Shown here: positions 1-10,755 of the stretch, in pieces
How the letters are laid out: each line of letters opens with the position of its first letter
Numbering within the stretch: position 1 is the first letter of the stretch
NCBI GenBank assembly: GCA_000934665.2
Contig: JYFJ02003933.1
Span: 1-36,283, forward strand
Length of the DNA stretch: 36,283 bases
Source: Catajapyx aquilonaris
Lineage: Eukaryota
Direction: 5' to 3'
Position numbers and translations under genes: made by a program
Notes under the pieces: generated by a model
The model's input: only the letters and a program-made list of their open reading frames with translations
Told to the model about the DNA's origin: nothing
Database searches by the model: none

Positions 1-207
1 AACTGCCACAGTTTGACAAACAAGTAACTGACCCTTCTGCAAACTGCCACAGTTTGACAAACACGTGACTGACCCTTCTGCAAACTGCCACAGTTTCGCA
101 AACAAGTGACTGACCCTTCTGCAAACTGCCACAGTTTCACAAACAAGTGACTGACCCTTCTGCAAACTCCCGCAGCTTCACAAACAATTGTGACTGACCC
201 TTCTGCA
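1..207. repeat. 41-bp tandem repeat, about 5 copies, cut by the window edge
   Basis: Unit aactgccacagtttgacaaacaagtgactgacccttctgca repeated head to tail. Confidence 0.95.
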
Positions 208-276
208 CTTCAGAAAGATCAGTCACAATGATATTGTTTTCTCTTAAGTTGAATTATTGTCGATATCAAAATTCAG

Positions 277-612
277 GTTCTGCAACAATGCTACCAACCC
301 ACTGTTTGGGTAAAAGGAAAGGAAAATGTTGGAGTGTGTTTTCTTCCCCATCGTTTGAAGAGCTTCTTGTCAACTTTGCCCAAAGAAGTGCCTTGGTGGC
401 CTGTCCAAACACTTGGGATTCGCCAACTAGAAATGAGTTCCAGCTATGAAGAGATGAGTGGAAGAAAATCTCTCAACGTGACTTCTCGTCTGTCCAAACT
501 TTGGATTAGTCACCAGAGTAAGGGGCAGCCATTTTTGGTCCAATCACTGTACACCACTATGGGGCTCAAATTTGGCCACTTTATGGTCTTGTTCGCACAG
601 GCCCCACGGTGA
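277..612 (+). other. Unassigned open frame, possible terminal exon or decayed coding fragment, ending inside a MITE
   Basis: Open from 253 to 612 in non-repetitive sequence, preceded by attcAG at 275-276: VLQQCYQPTVWVKGKENVGVCFLPHRLKSF...VQSLYT. No family recognised. Confidence 0.2.
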
Positions 613-678
613 GGAAGTGTGTGGGTGTGAAGGGTTGCTTCAAGACTAGGATAAAGTGGCTCAAACAAGCCTCCATAG
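557..678. mobile_element. MITE family A, degenerate copy (TA TSD, Tc1/mariner-like)
   Basis: Ends ctatggggctcaaa...ctccatag flanked by ca/ta; homologous to 16241-16388 and 26843-26980. Confidence 0.8.
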
Positions 679-1808
679 TACATGGTGTGATTGAATCTTA
701 CGGGAATTATTTGGATATGACACATGGATATGCCAACTAGGGTTGGTAATAACTGAGCGCCAACCTCCAAGTTTGAATAGGGTATTCTGAAGGTGCTATT
801 GAGTCAGGGGGCCAATAAATGCAATGTTGGAACGAAGGCAATCTGACAAATTTCTCAGCCTTGAGAGCTTCCTTCTTCTCTTTCTCTGCCTCCTTGACGA
901 TTGCGAAGATGATAGTTATTTGCACAGCTCTACAGCCTCTCTAAGGCTGCCATGGCAACACCCCCCCTCCAGAAGTGCAAATCTACCATTATTGAGTTCT
1001 TATTTTGGAACCTTCCAAAAGATAGTGTCAGACCATATTTTTTTAAATGAGCGAAATTACATGTCACACGAAAAAGCAATTTTCTGAACTTAGAACCGAG
1101 CTTAAGATTGTCCCCCCTCATTTTGACACTTTCCTTTGTTGAGGCCTTTTCAATTGTTAATGGTCCAATTACGGAGGCAGGTTCCAGAGCGCTAATCCAG
1201 TCACGATGAATAATCTGTTATGCAAGAGTTGTTGGAAAATTAATGTGTACACCACGAATGTGGGTTGGAAAACATGACACGAGGTCCGGACCTAATAATT
1301 CAGTTCCCACTATTAAGTGTATTTTATTTATAGTCGCCAGTCCTGTAGTCATTCCAAAAATTAAATTTTCCCAAAAAAAAACTGGATTACTGGAGAACAG
1401 ATGTGACTTTGAAATCAGCTGGTTGTCACGTGGTACTGAAATTTTCAGTTGGCTGCAATTAGGTAAATTGCAGTCGTTTTTTTTTTTGGAAATGGTCGAC
1501 TTTGATTTATGTCACCTAGCAATGCTGTTTCCATGTTGTGCCAAAATTTCGCTCATCAAAACGCCAGGAGGCTAAATGACAGGTGATTTTTTTTTTCCAC
1601 GTATATTACGACCCACTTCCCTATATCGTGTTCAAAAACCTCTTTTACTTCGTATGGTTCGTTCGATACTGATAGTGATCGATATGCTACTCAATTATAG
1701 GCGATGCGTCAGATTATTTCTAACCTTCAGTTTAGTATATGCCCATCTATGCTCGTAGGAAGTTTATGTAATACATAAATCTCCGGTTTTGTTCGTATTG
1801 GTCTTATA

Positions 1809-2133
1809 CATCACGTTCCAATTTTTTTGTAACTGATATCGCTCTATATTAGTTATTTTTGTAGCTTGTGCCCCTAACCAGGTGCCCCATTCTTTATCCT
1901 CCTGAGACCCCTGGTACAGTATACTGTACCTTTGTTTTTTCCAGCACCTTCTGACTAACTCAAACGCGTAAAAAACCAAAAACAAAGGTACAGTATACTG
2001 TACTCCGGGTCTCAGGAGGATAGAAACTGCTATATTCGACCCCCTGGAAGGAATAGGGCAAAACAAGCTACAAAAATAACTACTATCGGGCGATATCAGT
2101 TATAAAAACGACCCACGAATTTGGAACGCCTTG
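1809..2133. mobile_element. MITE family B (CAGGGTG-type mariner-like), old copy carrying a nested MITE
   Basis: Inverted arms taactgatatcgc...ttatttttgtagcttgt / acaagctacaaaaataa...gcgatatcagtta; right end nearly identical to 33328-33393. Confidence 0.75.
1897..2020. mobile_element. Nested 124-bp MITE with TA TSD
   Basis: TIRs tcctcctgagaccc...gtacagtatactgtacctttgttttt and the reverse complement; TA flanks; absent from the family B copy at 33195-33393. Confidence 0.8.
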
Positions 2134-2220
2134 AATATGCACCAATTTTTGCAGGTTTTTTGGACTTTCATGTATTGTGTTAGGCCTAATAAAAATTGAA
2201 ATAATAAGATTCAAAGCATA

Positions 2221-2544
2221 CAGGGTCAGGGTGTTTCAACTTTTTTGTCCGAACAGTTATCGGAAAATTGCACGTAGCTGCTACTTTGTAAGCAGTGACT
2301 TGCAGCCGAATGAATGGGGAATGGGGAAAAAGAGGGTCACACATCCCATGGCATGTGTGACCCTCTTTTGTCCAAGCCTGACCCTCAATTATCTGCGGGC
2401 AGCACGTATGCCACTTCAACCTACGATTCGCAGGGAATATTCCACGCTCCTCCGAAAAATCACCGTTTGCAAGTTACTGCTTACAAAGTAGCAGCTACGT
2501 GCAATTTTCCGATAACTGTTCCGACAAAAAGTTGGAACACCCTG
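2221..2544. mobile_element. Tc1/mariner-like MITE (CAGGGTG termini, about 80-bp TIRs)
   Basis: TA TSD; cagggtgtttcaactttt...aaaagttggaacaccctg; extra cagggt duplicated at the left end; internal hairpin at about 2328-2369. Confidence 0.9.
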
Positions 2545-2872
2545 TATATTGATAAAAAGAGCGGCATTACCCAATGCATTTTCAGATGTGACCTTCCTCG
2601 CAGTCACTCAGCGTCGTGGTCCTAAGTTGCCTATAACCCATTCCAACTAGCCTTGCTCGAGGCCGGCTCACGACTGAATACCACACTAGCCTCTCTCCAG
2701 GTCTACCACTAAACACCCCCGCCATCTAATGGGGGGGACGCCATGTCTCTCAAATAATAAAATAATTTCAGCTAAATTATACACCGAATAATCCACATCT
2801 GCTCTTCTACACACCATATTTTTGTACACAAATTTTATTAATTTGATATTCAATTCCTGGAAAAGTACGGCT

Positions 2873-2950
2873 GAGGTAATTTCGCCCAATTGAGGGTAAT
2901 TTTGCCCATTTTGGGGTAATTTTGCCCATTTCGGGGTAATTTCGCCCACT
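2873..2950. repeat. 20-bp tandem repeat, 4 copies
   Basis: ggggtaattttgcccatttt-like unit. Confidence 0.9.
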
Positions 2951-3811
2951 TGTTTTCCATGCAGCAAACAGTGTCTATCGCGGTGTCCGATACGCCTGTA
3001 CTATTGCCCAGTACTATCTCCCTGAAAATAAAAATAATTTGCATACATTCTACCCTAGCCCACACATAGATACGGGCCTAAAAGTGAGGTCAAGGCCAGC
3101 AGTTGTGTGCTTTTGTAGCAGATTAATGAGTAAATCTTATCTAGATTTGGTTCCCTCCCGGGTTCTAGTTACTCGTTACGTAGATATGTCCCATGTCCAC
3201 TTAGCATGGGATTAGTCCACTGGATAATCAGAGAGTGTCCCCCCTGGTGTGTGAAGAGGGGGGTTTATGAAACACTTGCCCTCGTTTTGACGTCGGCATG
3301 AAATATTTATCCGAAGAGTGACAACATCCACTCAGAGCCACATTAACACGGATCAGTGTTGTGTTTAGCATGCATTAGTCTTGTGTAGCGTAGCATTGAA
3401 AAAACAAGCGTCAGAGCTGCACTAGAGCGTTGCATGTGTGCGATGTAGGTGTAAGTATGGCCCTGTTTAACCTCTTGTCCCGTATGAAATACATGCACGA
3501 ATAGTCAGTCCTAATAAGTAAGTAAGAGCAGTAGTTATGTTCAATGTCCATGTTGGTAAGAATTGGTTTCAACATAATTATGGCGTTCAAGGAAAACGCT
3601 CGCTCTTTTCTAAGCCTACGGCCTGGGGTACCTATTCGGCGCACCGGGGAATAGACAGTTTCCCCGGCAACCCAACAGGAGTTGTTTACACCCCATTAAG
3701 CATGAGTAGAACGCGGGCCAACGGGAAGGTGGCGGTAACAATATGCGGCGGACCAATCAGAGGGCTCGGCCAACTCACGCAAGGATTTTAATATTATAGA
3801 TAGGTAAATTC

Positions 3812-4238
3812 TATCTGGTCAGGGTAACATGTTTCGCTCCAGGGTTAGGTTGGTTGCCTATATGTTAGGATAAAACTAGGAAAGAGTAACCCCTACTGGC
3901 GTGCCGGAGGCGGCAGGGTGAGTGGTGGCTGGGGGCAGCTTGGGTGTGTCACAAAGGCAAGGATCAAGGATCCAAGGATTGATTATTTTGGATTTTAGAA
4001 AGGGTATGCTGTACCAACATAACCTAACCAAGCCTAACCTTCCTTCCTTGCGGATACAGACCTTTCTTCAGCGGATACACGCCCTTATCCTTGCCTTTGC
4101 GACACAGCCCGCAGTCCCCACTGACTACTAACCTCCCGCCTCCCGCACGCCAGTAAGGTCAACTATATCCTAAAACTTATCCTAACATATAGGCAACCAA
4201 CCTAACCCTGGAGGGATACATGTTACCCTGATCAGATA
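3812..4238. mobile_element. Fold-back element with long imperfect arms and AACCT/CCTAA motifs
   Basis: tatctggtcagggtaacatgt...ttaggttggttgcctatatgttaggataa pairs with ttatcctaacatataggcaaccaacctaa...acatgttaccctgatcagata; inner tgtgtcacaaaggcaagga pairs with tccttgcctttgcgacaca. Confidence 0.7.
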
Positions 4239-4297
4239 AGTCTTATCCTAACGTATAGGCAGCCAACATAACATGATTTGATAAAATGGCATCTAAT

Positions 4298-4815
4298 TGC
4301 CAAAATTGCCAACCTGGACACTCTGTCCACTATAATAGAGGAGCCAACTATTGTCAATTGTCAACCTGGACACTGTCCATTATAATCTAGGAGCCAACTA
4401 TTGTCAATTGGAGATTATAGTGGAATGAGTGTCCAGGTTGACAATTAGAACCCATTCTATCCACAGTTCTAATCCAGAATCTCTCAATATAATAGTGGAC
4501 AGTGTCCAGGTTGACTGATCTCACAATTTTAACAATAATATTGTCAAAATAATAGTGAGATCAGTCAACCTGGACACGCTGTCCACTATTATATCAGTTA
4601 GATCTATGAGAGATTCTGGATTAGTTGTGTATAGAACGGGTTCTAACCTATCCTAACCTAACCTTATTAGAACCCGTTCTATACACAACTAATCCAGAAT
4701 CTCTCATACATCTAACTGATATAATAGTGGACATCGTGTCCAGGTTGACTGATCTCACAATGTTGACAATATATTAGAACACATTCTACAGACAGTTCTA
4801 ATCTAGAATTCTCCT
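4298..4815. repeat. Array of alternately inverted repeats with a 92-bp-arm hairpin
   Basis: gtcaacctggacac and its reverse complement alternate; arms 4555-4646 and 4667-4758 differ at 2 positions. Confidence 0.9.
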
Positions 4816-5261
4816 AGATCCCACATTTACTAGACTAGCTTTTTGTTCAAAAAAATAAAACCCAAGAGAATGAAACAAAAACCTGTTGGTTCTGACTGGA
4901 CCCGGTTTTTTTGGGGGGCCAATTCTGCGACGGTGGTTTCCCCCATTTTGCCAGCTACATACCGCCAAAAAGCCCCACCACCCCTTCTGTGATTGGACAT
5001 TGATGGATGAACTGGAAGCGAATCGGGGTGACACGCTTGGCTGACCCTCACTGGACCACCTCTGTAAAAACCCGATCTGCGAATTTCATGAGCCAGCACT
5101 TTACTCATTCTCATCCAAAAGGATCTCCGGAGGGACATTCATTCCACCCCTCTAGAGTTGGACACAAACTTTGGGACACGTATTAGCTGGACAGTTATCT
5201 CTGGTTGTAATTAAAGTCGAAGCGACTGTATCCGCGATATTGTGAGGGGCTCCACTATTTA

Positions 5262-5642
5262 TAGGGCTGTGCGATATCCAAAATTGCATATAGACTTTCG
5301 ATACTCAAAAAATATCGAATCAAAGTCGATACATCGAAAATCGACAAATTGACATCGAAAAATATCGAATGAAAGTCGATATATCGAAAATCGAAAAATT
5401 GACATCGAAAAATCGTCGAAAAATATCGAATCGAAGTCGATATATCGAAAATAGAAACATTGACGTCGAAAAATCGTCGAAAAATATCAAATCGAAGTCG
5501 ATATATCGAAAAATTGACATCGAAAAATCGTCGAAAAATATCGAATCGAAGACGATATATCGAAAATCGAAAAATTGACATCGAAAAATCGCGATATTCG
5601 ATAGCCTACATCGCACATGCCAAGCGTCGGATATCGCAACTT
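5262..5642. mobile_element. Truncated hAT-like non-autonomous element with TCGA-rich internal repeats
   Basis: Terminus tagggctgtgcgatat; reverse-complement homologue of 35691-36139; internal about 60-bp atcgaaaa repeats; second TIR missing. Confidence 0.75.
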
Positions 5643-6362
5643 TAAACCTATTTTGGTCACGCTGATTTCGAATCCGAAAACTGTTTGTCGCTATCTCCTG
5701 CAGTTTTTTTTGTTACCCCGTGATAGAGCTCGTGGCCCTCTTAGGGGGGAAGGGGAAGTTCCCAAGAAAGGGCGCCGTGTAATATCCATTTCTGACATTC
5801 TTTAACACTAAGACCTTTTATCCTGGCCCTGGGCAGAGTAGGGAGTGCAATTTTGCCCCGGCCTGTCGGGTGAAAAGCGGAAAAAGACCCGTCCAAGCAG
5901 AGATGACGGGATTTGAACCCCGGCCTCCCGCTCGGCTGGCCATGGCGTAACGACTAGACCACCATGCCGCCCTGCTATCTCCTGTAGTTCAGGCCATGAT
6001 AGTTGTCCACGGACGGACAGATCCGTTCTATAACACTTTTTCGGAGAGAAAAACTGAAAATTGTCATCGGAAGTTGACCTTTAAACATATTTTGGCCACG
6101 CTGATTTCGAATCCGAAAACGGTTTGTCACTATCTTCTATAGTTCAGGCCTTGATACTTGTACACGGACGGACAGATCCGTTCTATCAGACTTTTCTGGA
6201 GAGAAAAACTGAAAATTGTCATCGGAAGTTGACCTTTAAACATATTTTGGCCACGCTGATTTCGAATCCGAAAACTGTCAGTCACTATCTTCTATAGTTC
6301 AGGCCTTGATACTTGTACACGGACGGACAGATCCGTTCTATCAGAATTTTCTGGAGAGAAAA
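5641..6362. repeat. 155-bp tandem repeat, about 3 copies, DINE-1/Helentron-like; first copy split by a SINE
   Basis: Units start tttaaac.tattttgg.cacgctgatttcgaatccgaaaac at 5641, 6080 and 6235; each has acggacggacaga, reminiscent of the DINE-1 microsatellite (family assignment is inference). Confidence 0.85.
5704..5973 (-). mobile_element. tRNA-derived SINE, family 1, full length
   Basis: Minus strand A box TGGTCTAGTCG, B box GGTTCAAATCC, tail ...tatcacggggtaacAn; TSD gctatctcctgYag at 5690-5703 and 5974-5987. Confidence 0.92.
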
Positions 6363-6970
6363 AGCTGTAGTGTCCTACATATAGGACGTTAGGCTCTATA
6401 TCGACCATACAGTCCAGGTAGCTAATACATGTCCCATATTACTGTAACCCCACAACTGTGATCAGTTTTGTCCGAATTTATTCTCCACCCATTGTTGCCT
6501 GCCATAGCTGCAAATTGGCGGAATTGGTTCAGAGCTGGGCCTGTGAAAATACTAAAAATATCTCGAACACGTTTAACTATTTCGTTTCGACTGTGGGATC
6601 GGATTAGCCGTCCGTTTTTCGAACCGAAATCGTCTGCAAACCGAATTTGGTCCGGGCGCTAGGATTAAATAGTGCACAAATGGAACCGAGTTGGCATATT
6701 TAGTTAATTAATTAACGTTTCGTTCTCCGAGTCCTCACTTCTGCTCTGACATGGTGAGGGTTATTTCCTTTTTTCACCGCTAGGATTGATGGGAAACGCT
6801 GCGAGCACAGGTGCGGATAATAATCCAAGTAGAAGCAAAAGTACGGCGGTTGTACGTGACACTCAAAATTTTCTGGGGCCTCCAGACATAATTGAATTAA
6901 GGTCCGGGGATTCTAGGGGTTTTTTGATGAGACACCTCTGACGGTTAATGTAATTATTTTGGAGCGCCGA

Positions 6971-8760
6971 ATTGTCCGAGAACTAACGGTTTGAAGTAAT
7001 CGCGCCTGCAGAGAATCGCCATGTTATCACCATGAAGACATAATCTCGATATTCTCATCATGAAGGAATCTAGATATTATCATGATGAAGGAATGTCGAT
7101 ATTCTCATCATGAAAGAATCTCGTTTTTTTTTAAACTTCGAAAATGTGTAGAAATATTCGCTGTCAAAAAATATCGATATTCTCATCATGAAAGAATCGA
7201 TCTCGATTTTATTTGACTTTGAAAATGTGTAGAAATATTCGCTGTCAAGAAATACCGATATTCACATCATGAAAGAATCGATCTCGATTTTATTTATTTA
7301 TTTACTTTGAAAATGTGTAGAAATATTTGCTGTCAAGAAATATCGATATTCTGATCATGAAAAAATCGATCTCAATTTTATTTAACTTTGAAAATGTGTA
7401 GAAATATTTGATGTCACGAAATATCGATATTCTCATCATGAAAGAATCGATCTCGATTTTTTACTTGGAAAATGTGTAGAAATATTCGCTGTCAAGAAAT
7501 ACCGATATTCTCATCATGAAAGAATCGATATCGATTTTATTTATTTTTTACTTCGAAAATGTGTAGAAATATTCGCTGTCAAGAAATATCGATATTCACA
7601 TCATGAAAGAATCGACCTCGATTTTATTTATGTTTTACTTTGAAAATGTGTAGAAATATTCGATGTCAGGAAATATCGATATTCTAATTATTGTTCGGAA
7701 GTAAGTTATTGATGTTCTAATATCCAGACAACATCGAAATTATTATTTTAGCTAATATATTTAATCAGGATCGATTGTCCGAGAACTAACGGTTTCAAGT
7801 ATTCACCTCTTCAGAGAATCGCCATGTTATCACCATGAAGACAGTAATCTCGATATTCTCATCATGAAGGAATCTAGATATTCTCGTCATGAAAGAATCG
7901 ATCTCGATTTTTTTTTTACTTTGAAAAGGTGTAGAAATATTCGCTTTCAGGAAATATCGATATTCTAATTATTGTTAGGAAGTAAGTTATTGATGTTGTA
8001 ATTTCCAGAAAACATCGAAATTATTATTTTAGCTAATATCGTTAATCAGGATCGATTGTCCGAGAACTAACGGTTTCAAGTATTTGCCTCTTCAGAGAAT
8101 CGCCATGTTATCACCATGAAGACAGCAGTAATCTCGATATTCTCATCATGAAGGAATCGATCTCGATTTTTTTTTTACTTTGAAAAGGCGTAGAAATATT
8201 CGCTTTCAGGAAATATCGATATTCTAATTATTGTTAGGAAGTAAGTTATTGATGTTGTAATTTCCAGAAAATATCGAAATTATTACTTTAGCTAATATCG
8301 TTAATCAGGATAGATTTTCGGAAAATGTCCGTATTGTCATTTCAGGATAATCTCGATATTTTCATTGTAGGAAAATTATATAATTTTTTGGAAAATATAA
8401 ATATTCTCAGTTTCCAGAAGATATCGATATTGTAATTGTTAGGAAAATTATGATTTTTGGGAAATATCAATATTCTCGGTTTCCAGAAGATATCGATATT
8501 GTAATTGTTATGAAATTTCCAGTAATTTCCACAAAATATCGAAATTATTATTTTAGCTGATATCGATATTCTAATTTTCAGGAAATCGTGATATTGCAAT
8601 TTCCAGAAAACGTCGATATTTTCACTAAATAGGAAAAAGGATATTCTAATTTTCGGATAATATCAATATTCTTGGTTTCAGGAAATAGCCTAATATTCTC
8701 ATTTAGAGGAAATATAGATATCCTAATATTTGGAAATCTCGATATTACCATTATGAGAAA
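6971..8760. repeat. AT-rich higher-order tandem repeat (about 281-bp unit with expanded about 80-88-bp subunit)
   Basis: attgtccgagaactaacggttt at about 6971, 7774 and 8055; aaaatgtgtagaaatatt seven times in 7141-7660; degenerate tcgatatt repeats continue to about 8760. Confidence 0.9.
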
Positions 8761-9512
8761 TTTTGCGATACTTTCGCCTTGACAGTATCGACTGGACCAT
8801 ATGTCCCCCTTGTCGTCCTCACAATCTGCCAAAAAAAAATTTTTTGTCGCAAATCTGTCGAGAGTGCCTAGTGATGACACCAGAGGGCCTGTTTTACAAA
8901 GGCTCAGTTTCGAGTCCCTGGTTTTTTTACGTTAGAGAGCAATTTTCATTTGGATGTAGGAAAACCCACTTAGCGATCGTTATGATAATATTTGCAAGCG
9001 TGGAGGTGACGTTGGGAAGAGCTCTCGGCGGACTGTCTCTCCTCATTTTTTTTTCGACCTAAACTACTTGGTTATGGTACATTTGAGTGAAGATCAGTCA
9101 CAACATGGTTGTATAAACCCCACCATTTTTGAGCCTGCTTCTGGCAGACATTTGGCCACGACTTGTTAATTATTAGCACTGCACCACCATCAACCAACAA
9201 TGAAACTCACATTAAGGTCACAACAATATTCCATCTGCAATTAAACAGCAGTTCGCGGAAGAGGAAAATCACGGCTACGGAACTTGGATTCCCAGCCATT
9301 TTTGATCCATGCCAAAGAATTGCCCAAAATTTCCGGCTGCACAAGTTAGCATTTCGGGTTCTATTTGAATTGAAGGGAGTAGTGGGGAGATGGAAGAGGG
9401 GGAAGGCGGTGGTTCGGTGCCGTTCAAAATAAACCTAATTACACGTCCCCAAAGTACCTGCTGCGCAGACAGTCTCTCTGTTCATTCTTGGAGAATTTCA
9501 AACTTTTCGTTA

Positions 9513-9640
9513 GGGGAAGAGGCGGTTGGGGGGGCGAAGAGACGGTTGGGGGACGAATAGACGGTTGGGGGGGCGAAAAGGCGGTTGGGAGGAGAAGCGG
9601 CTGATGGGGGGAGAAGAGACAGAAAGTGGGGAGAGTAGGC
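9513..9640. repeat. G-rich about 20-bp minisatellite
   Basis: gaagaggcggttggggggg-like unit, about 5-6 copies. Confidence 0.8.
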
Positions 9641-9921
9641 GACAGAAATGCATCTAGACTTTCCCCCCCCCTTTTCTTCCAATTTCGCCTCTTCTCCCCT
9701 CTTCGCCCCTCCTCCAGTAGCGCCATCTATGCCTGTCATAATTCCCTGGCATCGAAGAGAGAATATGCAGTTACGAGGGTTGGAATGCTCCGCAATTAGT
9801 CTCGCAGGAGCCTCCCCCACCAAAGTGTGGCTCTCTACCCTCCTCAGCCTCCTACTCTTATTATGATTCAGCCTTTTCATAAATATTACTTCGTCTCTGC
9901 GCCATATTGCGAAGTCCCTTT

Positions 9922-9989
9922 TCATATGGATGTCATTTGATGATGAGGAATGTAAGGACGTATTACTATGGATGTTGCCTGGGTGAGAG
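9922..9989 (-). CDS. Candidate terminal coding exon
   Basis: Weak acceptor ccttaactacAG about 1.2 kb downstream of the 11200 donor; phase-1 frame gives (S)LTQATSIVIRPYIPHHQMTSI*. Confidence 0.25.
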
Positions 9990-10067
9990 CTGTAGTTAAG
10001 GATATTTTTTTAAATTTTTTAATTATTCACTAAAAGGCTCTATATTTATATTTAGATAGTTTGTTCA

Positions 10068-10532
10068 CCGAATCAGTGGTAGCGAAGGGGATTTGGTATC
10101 CGGCTGCTAATCGGGAGGTCCTGGGTTCGATCCCCGGTGCTGGCAACTCTGACCGTGGTTTTCTGTGGTTTCCCACGGTCCCTCCAGGGAAATCCCGGAG
10201 TTGTTTCCGTAATAACAGGCCACAGCCGCTTTCTTCCCTTCCTATCCTTGTCCTATACCTGAGGAGGTGCGGGGTCTGTGGGGGGTTTCGGATCCCGCAC
10301 CCAGGGGATCATCTATGGCGAACGGGCCCCCTGAGGGACTGCACACGACCCCCAACATATAGACAATGCACTAGCACCAGTGTCCCTCCCTCATATCCCT
10401 ATCCTTCCCTTGCACCGCACCGGAGAGAAAAAGAAAAAGAAATTCAGAAAACTGATGGTGGTGTGCCACCCCCCAAAGAGGCCCTTGATGCCTAGCACGG
10501 GGTAAAATAAATAAAAAAATAAAATAGAAAAA
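10068..10532 (+). mobile_element. tRNA-derived SINE, family 2, full length
   Basis: B box GGTTCGATCCC; body ccgtggttttctgtggtttccc...ggccacagccgctttcttcc (resembles Lm1/Talua-type insect SINEs from memory); tail cacggggta plus A-rich run; TSD atagtttgttca at 10056-10067 and 10533-10544. Confidence 0.92.
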
Positions 10533-10541
10533 ATAGTTTGT

Positions 10542-10547
<6 letters not shown>

Positions 10548-10621
<74 letters not shown>

Positions 10622-10755
10622 CCCCGTGATAGGGCGGAGTCCTCTTAGGAGGGAAGGTAAGGTTGCCAAGGAGGGCGCTGTAAGCTTTAGTCATTTCTGA
10701 CTTTGTGAAATACACCAGACCTATTCTCCTGGCCCTGGGCAGAGTAGGGAGTGCA
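10548..10755 (-). mobile_element. 5'-truncated SINE family 1 (or partner LINE 3' end) with long (AAT)n tail
   Basis: 10620-10756 aligns to 5715-5850 (accccgtgatag...tcctggccctgggcagagtagggagtgcaa); TSD agtttgttcatta at 10535-10547 and 10756-10768. Confidence 0.88.

Noticed and set aside
1..207. CRISPR-like array
   Set aside because: Contiguous tandem units with no unique spacers, no cas genes, eukaryotic context; the same holds for the other arrays.
5255..5645. Repetitive ORFs here and at 35582-36255
   Set aside because: Translations of TCGA-rich internal repeats of a non-autonomous element.
10068..10145. tRNA genes here, at 5900-5973 and at 21355-21428
   Set aside because: A/B boxes continue into SINE bodies with tails and TSDs; no complete cloverleaf seen.
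10391..10669. Poly-Asn ORF
   Set aside because: It is the (AAT)n tail of a retroposon.
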